Assembly (NCBI GenBank): GCA_026936335.1
Contig: JAPMXV010000036.1
Coordinates: forward strand, 186,001 to 250,000
Direction: 5' to 3'
Origin: Mantamonas sphyraenae STR306
Lineage: Eukaryota > Protista > CRuMs
DNA length: 64,000 nt
The notes under the pieces are model-generated. The model saw only the letters and a program-made list of their open reading frames with translations, searched no databases and was not told the origin of the DNA. The translations under genes were made by a program, and so were the position numbers. Below are positions 12,901 to 24,730 of the stretch, one piece after another (the stretch's first letter is position 1; each line of letters begins with the position of its first letter).

Positions 12901-15900
12901 CACGTCGCTCACAACCAACTGGAACACAACCAGGCTGGCAGAGTACCACGCCACACTGCGATGCACCTCCACATTCAGTGGATCGTGCACATCGCCATGT
13001 CGCCAGTGGGAGCCATCGTCGTCGCTCTTGTCACTCTCGTCGGAGGTTGCATCGATGACCACCGCGTCGTCGATGTACGCTTGCGTCTGCGCCTGCAGGC
13101 GCAGATGGCGATAACTGGCCACAAACGAGTCGATGCGAACGAGGGTGAGCGCGTCGACGAGCACAAAGGGCAGGGTCAACACGTCGCCCACCCCGAGGAA
13201 GAAGAGGTGTGTCACCACACGCCATCGCTGCTCGGCGTGGGTGTAGTGGCGCAGTAGACGCCACAACACGGGCCAACGCCACACAAACACAAGTTGCACC
13301 AGGCCCAGCAGCACAAAGGGCAAATCCTTGATCCACGCCAGCAGGACACCAGCCACCATGCGATGCTCCGAGTCGCCGTCCTCAAACGCACGCACTTCAC
13401 GCAGCAGGTGGGGCACACGCCAGCCCGTCAGCAGGATCAACACAAGACCCACCAGCATGGGGATGTCCATCAGCATGTACATCAAGTTGCGCAGTACCTG
13501 CAGACGTCGCTCCGCTGCAGCGTGGTACCGTCGGTGGAACCCTCGCAGCATGGACGGAATGCGCCACAGACACAACACACCCAGGGCCACAAAGGGCACG
13601 TCGGTCAGCAGTTCCCGAAACTGGTAAAACACAAGCGCATGCTTGTTCTCCGACGCGGGAAATTGGCGCCAAAACGTGGCTGTGCGCCAGCTTAGCGTGA
13701 GCAGCAGGATGCACACGACGGCAGGCACGTCACTGAGCCACAACAGAAAGAGCCAACCCAGCTGGCGGCGTCGTTCCCACTCGTTCATGGGTGTCTGCAG
13801 GATCTTGGCCAGCATCTTGTTGCGCCAGCAGGTGAGCGAAATAAACAGGGTCATCAGCACAAAGGGGATGTCCAGCACCAGCAGTGCAAGCTCGCGGAAG
13901 GCGTACACGTGCCAGTACATGCGTCGTTCCAACACAATCACCACATCGTCGCCGCCGTCGTCGCCCTCTGCCCCTGGAGTCGACGGAACGGTACGCAGGC
14001 TCATTTGTGCCTCAATCTTGGGCGCCGGGTTCTCCTCCTCGTCCAACAACGATGCCGTGGGATCCAACAGGGCACCCGTGTTGCCTGCACTTGCCCCTTG
14101 GCTGGCGTGTGAGCTCTGTACGCGGATCAGCGACGGTGCCTTGGTCAATGGCGTGCTGCTACCGGCAGATTCACCATTGTCATCTCCTCCGTCACTGGTA
14201 CCGTCGTGGCTGCTGCTGCTGTCTTCATCCTCGTGGTGGCCGTCGTTCAGCACGACGACCGCCGGCATTGTTGTTGCCGTTGTTGCCGTGTGAGGGTGCC
14301 GCAGCACCGCCGCCGTATCGTGCCTTGTACGCCAGTCTGTTCTTTTTCAGTTCATCCAGAAGGACATTGGCACGGTACAAGGTGACAAAGACGACGAGGG
14401 AGGCAGCAATGGCGGGGAGGTCGGCGACAAAGAGGCCGACGTGTTTGAGCACAATGCCACGCTGGCTCCAGCGCGAGTTGACAGTGTGCACCTCGTCCCA
14501 AATCATTTTGGCTCGCCACAGGGTGAGCAGGGACAGGCAGACAAAGGGGATGTCCAGCAGGTCGGAAAAGATGTACAGAAAGTGGTGGACGGTTCGCTCG
14601 CGTCGATGCTTGCCCGAACGCAGCATGCGACGACCGTCTGGCAGCCTATTGCTCCACAGATCCTTCCATAGGAGGAAGCCGCGCACGACGGTGACGGTGC
14701 ACACAAGGGCAAGCACGAGGTGGAAGAGGTCCCTGACCACCTTCCATGCCTGTGCCCACACGTAGTCCTGCGCCTCGATGCCATCAAAGGTGAACGCCAC
14801 AGGGTGACCGGGTGTACGGAACACCTTGCGAATGACGCGTGGCACACGGTACACTGTGGCCAGGAGCAAGGCGGAGGGCAGCAGAGTGAAATAATCCAAA
14901 AAGATGAAGAGGAATTGCACGCTGACGACTTCGCGCACCTCCCACTCCTCACGGCCGTCCCTGCGCAGGATGCGAAAGATGGGAACGAGGCGATATGGAG
15001 CCACGACGACACACAGGGCCAGCAGGGCAAAGAAGAAATCTGTGATGAGGAGGAGGGCGAGAGTGATGAAGCGCCACATGAGCTGGGCCAGCACACGGGT
15101 TTTGATGTTCTCCCGATGCTCCCGGATGGCATTCCACAACGATGTGTGACGATGCCAACCCAGGAGGAGGACCATAGGAAAGGCCACCAGTCCCAGGAGA
15201 TCCATGAGCGGGGCAAAGGTTGCGTTGAGTACCACCTGCACACGCAACGAGACAGAGGTGTACATGTTGGCCTCCATGGTGTTGTCAAACACGTGTGTGC
15301 CCGCCTGCTCATCCATATCTTGGGGCAGCATGGCCCTGAGATCGGGGATGTGCCAGGGCAGGAGAATGTGCAGCAGCAGGAACGGGAGGGTGACGAGGTC
15401 CAACACCGCCATCAACAGATTGATGACCATTTGTACACGGATGGAGTGGGTCTCGTGGGCCCCTTGGGCCAGGCGCTTGCGGTACCAAAGGCTATACGGC
15501 AGTCTGTGTGCCGCACGGGGGGCGTGTGTGGGCAACACACGAGGGGCCGGATTAGCATTTTTCATGATCACAGAAAAGGTCGCCCCCACAGGCACGCGGG
15601 GACATGGATCACGTACCGTATAAGCAATGCCATGGAAATAAATTGGCTGATGACACAGAGAAAGTCGATTTGGGCCTCGAGGATGCCCATGAGGACCCGA
15701 AGGCTGCCCAGAGTGAAGCGAGGGAAAGAGAGAGTTAGTGTGAGGCGTGGAGAGTGGCAGTGTGTGCTGGGGTGCGGACACGTACACAGGGGCTCGCATG
15801 TCCCATTTGAGTTGGTGAACAATGGTCCAGCCTCCATAGCCATGAATGACTGTGTGTGTATGTGTGTATGTGTGTGTGGTGTCAGGTGCAATCGTCGACG

Positions 15901-16403
15901 GCGACGTGTCAGATCCTATTTTGAGATGCGGGACGTTTGCGCGACATCAAGGCGGGTAGCGCGGCACAGCGCACAACGTACAGGCAAAACAGCCACAAGC
16001 GAGCACGGCTATCCACTCGTCGTTGCTGGCAACATAAACAAAGTGGGCCAGGATGGCATACTGGCCCAGGACCCAGGGCACAGACGCAAGGGCGACGAGA
16101 CCACGCAGCACGCTCCTTTTCAGCATCAGGCTCCAGGACGAGTGCAACGGCGTAGCAATGAACTTCTGTGCATGGTGCATTCCATGTGTGGCCCATGGCG
16201 AGGGTCATTGCCACGTGAAAATGCGTGTGAGAGGCTGGGATGGATTTGGGGAACGGGAGGCGACAAGATGGGAACCGTACCCCAACACTTACCCCACAAA
16301 CATGAAAGTAGCCGTAGGCTGGTAGGGAGACCAACACACATATATACTGCAGGAGCTTGTTGAGGGCATGGATGGCCACCAGCAGGCAGGGTTCTTGTGC
16401 CAT
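9978..16403 (-). CDS. Giant multi-pass membrane protein made of repeated D-x-P..(T/C)xWR hydrophobic units, with C-terminal UBA domain
   Basis: Exons 16403-16293, 16165-15982, 15849-15786, 15703-15617 and 15503 onward join in frame through GT-AG introns. Two +1 breaks (~14260, ~10742-10745) link ORFs 14225-15799, 10642-14307 and 9978-10763. The UBA-like end reads DVVAQLVAMGWNHELASNAAILADDDAALATEML. Confidence 0.7.
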
Positions 16404-17157
16404 GACCCCGAACCACAGCCACAGAAATCAGTTGTGCTGCGCTGGGTGACCCGGCGTCTCCAAACGGCCCAACTTTTTTCTTTTTTCCAACCGTCCCGTC
16501 AACGCTACATTAGTCCCTTTCAGAGCAGCACACGAGCCCCAGGGAATTTTGTGTACGCACTGCTTCGTCGACTGTGACCGAGATACCGAAATCGACAAGC
16601 AACATGGAGGTTGGTTGGTCGGAAGTCGCCGACGAAATTCGCAACAAAACACGCGGGTTTTTTCTTTCCACCGTGGTGATGCATGCAAGGACATGGCTGG
16701 GCATTGCATACACGACCCCGATGTGTCGTTTGTGTACCTAGGCACACGTATGCATGCGATCCTGGGCTTCAACGTTGTTGATGGGGTGTCACGCGGGAGG
16801 GGAAAGTGCCTGGAGGGGAACACGTAGCGCTGCGCGGTGCTTTGTGACCGTGTGCGACGTTAACGACGTACCAACGCTCAGGTTGGGCACCAATCGTACG
16901 AGTGCAGTGTGTGTTCCATGGCATGGCTATTATTGAGACCTCGTCACATCGTGTGCTTGGGTGTCAAACCGCGCACGTCAGTCGGCATGAGCGCACAAAA
17001 GTCCCCCTCGTTCCAACTTGGGACTCTTCCCCCGCCGTACCATGTCCCCACCCACATTCCGCCCGCCCGCAATCAGTTGCTGTCATGTTGGGCAACGCAT
17101 ACGTCGCTCACACACAACGCTCGCATCCCATGTGCAGGGAAAACGACCAGATAATGG

Positions 17158-18727
17158 ATGTCGGGAGCGAAATCAGATTCGCTTGGACGCCGGCCTAGAA
17201 ACGCCCGTGGACAGCGATCTGCAAGCCTCCCTCACATACAAACACGACCAACCGCGTCAGCATTGCCGTCGATCCGCACATTGCTGGACCAGTTGCATGG
17301 AGATCCTCATGGCGATGGCAGAACACCTTTGGAAGGTGGTCCGGTTGCATCCGCAGCGCAGACGGCCGCCCAGCAAGTCAACCAGGCCATGATGTCGATG
17401 CAGACGACCAATGTTGCCCCTTCCATGCTGCCTGGATCGTATGGGATGATGGGCAACAACATCATGTCTCATCTCTACTCGGCGGGCACAAATGCGGAAG
17501 TAATTCAGAGCCTCTGGAACGCACAGGCCCAGGCCCAACTACGCGAGGCCAACACGTCTCTCTTTACGGGCAACAACCTTATGCACATTATGCAAGGCAC
17601 ACCGCAGATGCAGCAGGGCACCCATGACACGCTGGGGGCGCTATTGGCGCTGACCACAACGCCGAATCAGCAGCAAAGCTCAGAACCTTCCGGAACCAAC
17701 CCCCATCGCAGCGGTAGCAACAAGCGTTCCTCCAAGGTGCTCAACGAGTGGTTTTTCAGGAACATCAGCCATCCGTACCCGACGCAAGAAGAGAAGGAGA
17801 CCCTTGCGGAACAGACGGGCATGAGTTTGACGCAGGTGAGTTGTTCGGCGCCTCCTTCCAGAACGGGCGAACCCTGCTCTCCGCGCTTCCTTTTCTGCCC
17901 GTACATGCGTACTTGGACACGGGCACACATGCACACTCACACACATGCTTTTCTGTGCCACACGCACCCTCCACAGATCAACAACTGGTTTGGCAACAAG
18001 CGCATCCGCTTCAAGCGCAAGGTGAAAAAGGTAAGCGGAGGGAAAAAAAAAAGTGTGTACTGCTTCCTTTGTGTTTTCTCACCCTCGTTTCCTACCGACA
18101 CTCACGCACAACCACCCGCCTGCGCACCTCCAGGAACGCTCCATGGGTGTCTCGGCGAGTGAAATTGTAAAAAGCATGGGATACGATGTGGCGGACGATG
18201 AAGTGGAGCTGGATGAGGAGGACGAAGAGGATGAACGGCACCGCCCCTCGCGCAAACGTCAGCGTGTCCACTTTGACAACGAAGACGGGGAGCACGAAGA
18301 CGAAGAGAACGAAGAGAGAACAAAGCATCTCAACATGGCCGCACAAATGCTCGAGGGCATGCGAAATGGCAACGGCATTCGCAGGACGAGCTCGAGCAGC
18401 GCGGCCTCGACCACCACCACCACTACTACCATCACACCAGCCGAATCACCTCGAGAGGCCGCCGACAATGATGACGGGGAGGATGAGGCTGAAGAGCACG
18501 ACGGAGAACGCAACGGCGACTCGACAACACCACGCAGAAGCGGACGTCAGCGACGTTCGTCGCAGCGTGTATCGTCCATGGTTGCCCAGGCACTTATGTA
18601 CGAAGAAGCCGTCAGCAGACGCAGCAGCAGTAGCAGCACCAACACCAGCGACTCGACAAAGCTGGAGGATGCCGCCTGGCTGCATCGTCAAAAAGGCGGC
18701 AAGTTTCACAAGGGAGGAAAGTCATGA
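17158..18727 (+). CDS. TALE-class homeodomain transcription factor, PBX-type recognition helix
   Basis: SKVLNEWFFRNISHPYPTQEEKETLAEQTGMSLTQ|INNWFGNKRIRFKRK. The PYP loop marks TALE class and WFGNKRIR matches PBC/PBX class. Introns 17836-17976 and 18031-18133. Start codon uncertain. Confidence 0.88.
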
Positions 18728-18806
18728 GCGACATCGCAAGGCAAAAGAATGTTTTGATCACACCCCAACTCGCAACTCGCTGCCCTCTTCTTCCATTCGC
18801 GGGGAC

Positions 18807-20060
18807 TCACCCGCTTTCCACGGATCGATAGACGCAGTAGAATGCGTCTTCGAGCAACCGCAGAGCAAAACTCTCTCGGGGCAACTTGTCCACCCAGTGT
18901 TCCAGATGCGTGTCTGTGTCCGCACGCGAAAAGAGTTCGTCCACTTGCGGCGCTCGTGTGACAATGGGCACATTGTTGTCGCCAAACCGGTTACCCATCG
19001 AGTCGAAAAACACCCAGCTGTCGTCTGCGTCGCACCGCACAAAACACACAAAGTGGCTCTTGAAAATGCACAGGACGGCAAACAGCTCCAGTGTGGCTGT
19101 GCTGGCAAAGTCGCGCGCTTCCTTGCTCAACAGGCGGTTGACGCTGGTCAGGTACACGCTTGGCAGCACACGCTCAAACGTTTGGAACTCTTTGCCCGCC
19201 CGCGGCAGCTGTACAATCAACGCGGGCGGCAGGCTATCGAAGCGCATGCTGTTGTCATTGCAGTACTTGAGCACAAGGTCGTTGGTGCTGGGCATGTGAC
19301 CCACCTCGTCTCGTGCGCTCTGGTCGAGAAAGATGGGAAAGATGTGGCTGCTCAGGTGGGCCTTGCCGCTGGAGTAGTGCACAAACGCAGGCACTTGCAG
19401 CACGTCAAAGATCACGTTGAGCAGTTCGTCCACGTCACGTTCCTCACATTGCACCTCTGGGTCGTTGCCACTCAGTCGCTGGTTGAGCAGCAATCGCCAA
19501 GGCAACACCTGCGTCTTACTGACAAATTGCCGTCGCCGCAGCGGGTTCACAATCCCGTTGATGAGTGTCATGCGAAACGACTCTCCGTACTCTGTGTCGA
19601 TGTCTGTGCCCAGCAGAAGTGCATCCAGGGCGTCTGTGTGTGCAAACAGGGCGTACAGGGTGCTGTCCAGATAGCACGAGTTGTTCGCCCCCTGGATGCC
19701 CCTCAGGTAGCCCACATATGCACCCTCCAGGCTCTTGGGTACCCTCAACGGCGTGTCACTCACCTCCACATTGTACAATTGCCAATCGCTGGGCGCCACC
19801 GGTCCCCACCGTTCGTCAAACAATCGCTGGGGTTGGTGCGATGGCCACCGCAAATGCCGCTTGCGAAGACACTTGGCCACAAAAGATGTTGTGATAGCAT
19901 CCGTCGTCGTGGCAGATCATGCTTGCCCCACGGTCCTCGCATGCAGTGCATAGCCAGCTCACACGGTCACGAAACTGCTCGGCCAGTTGGCCAAACTGCT
20001 CCTTCTCAGTCGTCCCTGCGTCCGTGTGGCTACTCCCACCACCATCGATGCTGCTGCTGT

Positions 20061-20140
<80 letters not shown>

Positions 20141-22987
20141 AGTGGAATGATCTCGGTGAGCGGTTTCGTCGCCGTTGTGTTGGCCGACGAGAACCACATC
20201 TTCCCCGTCGCCGTCGCCACACCCATCATCCTCCACACTCGCCTCCACCTCCACCTCCACCTCCACCGGTCGTAAGATGTCATACCGGTGGTGGTACCTG
20301 TATCCAACCAAGTTGTGACGAGTGTCGTAACAATCGTCACAGAAGAAGTTGGAGCAGTCCACACAATAGCAGTCGCCCGCCACCTTGCGGCAGCGCACGC
20401 ACAAGTCACTTTCGCCCAACTGCAGCAGACGGTGTCTGGAATAGTAGGAATATCCCGTCTGCGAAGTGTGCATGTAGTCGCTGCAGTCCAGACACATGTT
20501 GCTGCGGCAGAATGTGCACCACACCGCCGCTGGTTGGCGGTAGCACTGCTGACAATCCGTGTACGGCAGGCGCTTGACAAGCTCTACGCGTTTGCCACCT
20601 CCGCGACTGGAGCCCTGGTCCTCGTGGCTGGCCATGTCGGTGAGCGGATTGTGCTCGGCCGTCAATCCGCCGTGAAAGTCCATGCAGGGCTCGCAGATGG
20701 CTGCATGACACACGGCACACCAATGTACGGGTTTGGCATCGTCACACCCGCTGCATGCAGGTGAGAGCGTTTCCATATCCCTGTGCACGCGGATCCTGTT
20801 TGCATGTTTGTTGTCACTGCAAGCTTGGCACCACGCGTGGCCACACTCGTAACACATCACCTTGGCCATACCTGAGCATTGGAAACAAGCCGTGCGTGCA
20901 GCCCACGAGCCAATGTCTCTCACCACGTGTTCGCTGGCCGACGACAATGCAGCACGCGTGCCGGTGCCACCTCCGCGGTCGGCCACAGTGTCATTCACCA
21001 CCTCTTCGCCCCTCTCCTGTGCCAACAGATGGTCTTCCACATGGTGGTCCATCTTGGCCAGTTCCACCTTCTTCCCGCAAATGGGACATTCTTCGCTCTT
21101 GGCACCGCACAGATCTTCGTGGTGCAACAACTCCTCCCTGAGAAAGACCTCGCCACAGAATTCACACGGCAGCTCTGTGGCCTTGCACTCCAGACGGTGT
21201 GATTCCCATCCATGGTCCGTGTCGCGCACGTCTGCCTGGCAAAACTGGCATATCTTCAACCTCAACAAACAGGTGTTCTGCTCGTGCGCTCGCCGTGCAT
21301 CCACACTGTACTGTGTCTTTGTGCAAAACCAGCACATCACAGTATTTCGTTCCGTGCACTCGTACACCGCATGCTCCCACAATCGTCCGCACATGGCCTT
21401 GCACCACATGCACTGCTTTTTGGGCTTTCCATCACGCGCTTCGCCAGCCCTCGGCACACCCACCATCCGATCATATTTAACCTCAGCTGAGCCTTTGCAC
21501 TGGTCCAGGTGTTCGTTGAGGACGTCCAACTTGACACGTTTGCCACAGCCCTGGGGACACTCGATGGGCATCTGCTCGCAGTTGCTCTCGTGCACCTCGA
21601 GTTCGTCCGCCGCAAACGTGTCGTTGCAGTACTTACAGCGCTTGCCATGGTACAGACGCACGTGATCGCGCAGATTCTGTCGCATTAGCGTCTGGTGACA
21701 CTGTGTGCATTCTGTGGTCCCGTCGGGACACTCGGTCTTGTGCTCAGCCAACTCAGGCAAAGTGTCAAACCGCCTCCTGCAGTCGGGGCATTCGGGCCGC
21801 AAATGACAATTCTTTTCGTGATCCCTGTACATGCAGCTCTTCATGCTGCTGTTGCACCGCAGGCACTCCTGCGTCGTCTGTCGCCTTTCGTGTTCCCTTG
21901 TCACGCACGCGTGCATGCGTTCCGAGCAGTAGCGGCAGGCTACCTTTTGCAAGTGCTGCTCTTCCAACACTTGCGGTGTACAGTCAGTCTTGCAGGCCTC
22001 GCAATGCACCAGCTCTGCCTTGCATAGCTCACGCAGGTGTCGACTTTTGTGCGGCAACAACACCAGCTCGTCACACGCAGGACAGGCCTGCATGCCCTTG
22101 CAAGGACGTATGCGCTTGTGCCGTGTCACCTGGTACGCCTCCCCAAAGGCCCCGCACGACTCGCACGCAACCACGTTCTCGTGACACTGCGTTGCAAGGT
22201 GGTACTCCTCCAGCCCGTCTGTAATACGCTTGCCGCACTCCCGACACCGTGGCGCACTCATACAGTTATCCTTGTGTGCCTCGAGGTACGCTCGCGTGCC
22301 TGTTTGTCCACAGTAGTCACACCTGCCGTCTGTGCTCGACGAGCTTTCCGCTCCCTCTTTGTCCGCTTCTTCTTCCTCCAAATCGGCCTCGCTCTCCTCC
22401 CCACTGCTTTCACCGTCGCCTTCTCCGTGCCCGTTGCCGCTGCTCCATCCTGTGTTGCTCGTGTTTGTGATGTGACCCGTCCCCGATGTACCCCCTGCAT
22501 GCGTAACGTGGACTTCTGCTCGTTTCCGCGTGCTGTGTTTGCTCTCCAAGTGTGCTGCAAACTCGTCGGGCGTCATGCCGTCTTCGCCGCATATGCCGCA
22601 ACGCTGGCGCCGCTTGTTACAGTTGCGTTCGTGCGACACAAAGCTGAAGCGGTTGAATTCCTTTCCACAGTGCTGGCACTGCTGCTGCTCTCGGTGCGGG
22701 CACTTGAGTTGGTGACTTGCTCGTTTCGACTCATGCTCAAAAGACTTGGTGCAATACCGACACGAGAATCGAATGGTGGAGCGCAGTGAAGGGCGTGTGC
22801 CTGTCGTGCTGTGTCCCCTACGTGCCGACACACGACACGACTTCTTGTGCAGGTCCATTTCCCCCGGTCGCACCTGCACACCGCACTGGCTGCACGCTTT
22901 CTTCACACCAGTACAGTACAACTTGTGGATCGCCTTCTTGAGGATAGTTTCCTCCCCACAGTGTGGACATTCCCAGCGCTCCGCCAT
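18807..22987 (-). CDS. CYLD: TRAF-type zinc-finger array + B-boxes + CYLD-type deubiquitinase domain (two frame breaks)
   Basis: CYLD hallmarks: GIQGANNSCYLDSTLYALF, IVNPLRR, LIVQLPRAGK, LELFAVLCIFKSHFVCFV..WVFFDSM..NVP. ORF 20030-23227 (ATG 22987) has many CxxC..H..C fingers and B-boxes. +1 breaks at ~20099 and ~19877; the second completes a B-box (CYHNIFC-AKCLRKRH..H). Confidence 0.78.
20049..20140. repeat. (CTG/CAG)n trinucleotide microsatellite within coding sequence
   Basis: About 30 near-perfect CTG units with TTG/GTG interruptions; contains a frame break. Confidence 0.9.
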
Positions 22988-23238
22988 TTCGAGCTGGTGT
23001 TGTCCTGGAATTCCGTTTGCTCGAATTGCGCGTTCTCGGCACAGACTGGAACGTGTGAACACCGTCCATGGTGTGTTGTAGATGATCCATTGTGAGTGAA
23101 GTGCATCCTCCTCTTCATCGTCATTGTGAATCGTGCAGGCGGACAGCGGTCGTTCGAAAGCACGGGCAATCTGAACACGGACGCAACCAACCAAAAACCA
23201 AATCCCGTCCCAAAACAGAAAAGCCACCGTCTGCTGCC

Positions 23239-24718
23239 ATGTCTTACGTGCGCAAGATCAAGTTGGAGGACGGCGTACTCTCTCCAGAGTTTGTACGCAT
23301 GACCTGCATCGAGAACAACCTGTACACCACCCCTGAGCTCAACGAGAAGCTCTATCTGCACTTTAAGGGCATCCGCAAGATTGCTGGTCTCGATGAGTAC
23401 ACAGCCGTGCGAGCTCTGTGGCTCGAATCCAACCTCATCAACAAGATCGAGGGGCTCGACGCACTCACCGATCTCCGCTGCTTGTACGTTTCAATGTGCC
23501 CAAACGACATGCACATATGGTGTAGGGCGCGCACATCCACACCGTACATTGTGTCGTGCATGTTTCCTTCCAACGTTTCCATGCATGGTCCCTCTGCGAG
23601 CGCTTGGCGCCATGTTTCCGTTTGATGCGTTTTTTGGCGCGAGCCCAGGGTCCCCGTCGGGCATGGACAGTTGCCAGCTGGAGAGAGGAGGGTGCGATCG
23701 GTTTGTGCAGTCGCTTATATCCCACCATGCCCACAGGTATCTGCATCAGAATGCCATCGACCGAATCGAGGGCTTGGGCGGTTGCGGGAATCTGGACACG
23801 CTGAACGTGAGCCAGAACTTGCTCACAAGCCTGGATGGCCTCGCTGAGAGCTGTCCCGAGTTGACCACTCTCCACTGCACACACAACAAGCTTGCGTCGC
23901 TGGAGTCGATCCAGGACCTGCCGCAGATGGCCAAACTGAGCATTGTCGACTTGAGTGCGAACAAGCTGGACGACGGACAGGAGGGAGAGGCCCTTCTGGA
24001 GCTGCTGGGTTCTATGCCCAGTCTTCATGTGTTGCACCTCAAGGGCAACCCTGTGGTGAGCAAGATCAAGAACTATCGCAAACGGGTGGTGGTTGCCTGC
24101 AAACAACTCACCTACCTCGACGACAGGCCCGTGTTTGAGGACGAACGCCGCATGACGGAAGCGTGGGCCCAGGGTGGTCGCGATGCAGAGCGTGCAGAGC
24201 GTGAAAAGATCCGAGCAGAGAAGAAGGAGCGCGACGACGCAAACTTTAACTTTCTGTTGCAGATGCGCTCCGAGGCAAAGGCCAGCCAGGAGCAATTCCG
24301 TGAGCAGCAGCGCAAGGAACTGCGTGCAGGCGGGGCTGGAGGCCTGGACAAGGATGAAGCAGAGGAAGCACAGCAACAGGAGGCTGGTACAAGCAGCCGC
24401 GTGGACATTGAAGAGATCGAGGTGATTGAGGTCGACGAAAACGACGAGCTCGAAGCAAATGAGGAGACAGTTGTGGGAGGTGCAGACACGAGCGACTCCA
24501 TGCCAAGCAAGACGTCAGTGGGTACAGGGCAACGCGAGCAGGATTCCGACGACGAGGCCGACGACGACGACGAATTGGACGCCCCCTTGCCAGACGGGTT
24601 GGACTATGATGTCAACACAGGCAAGGCACGGCTGTTTAGTGATGGTCTGGATGACGGTGGGGACGTGGAAGGTGAAGGGACGCCTGGAGGCGAGGGAGAG
24701 CTTGCAGACATCGATTGA
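23239..24718 (+). CDS. DNAAF1: Dynein axonemal assembly factor 1 (LRRC50/ODA7-like), SDS22-type LRRs
   Basis: [29 protein letters not shown], then LRRs, then [43 protein letters not shown]. Intron 23484-23736. Confidence 0.9.
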
Positions 24719-24730
24719 AAATCCCGCGCT

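Noticed and set aside
15909-16403. Separate small gene upstream of the giant membrane protein
   Set aside because: Its segments splice in frame via GT-AG introns into the 9978-16403 gene.
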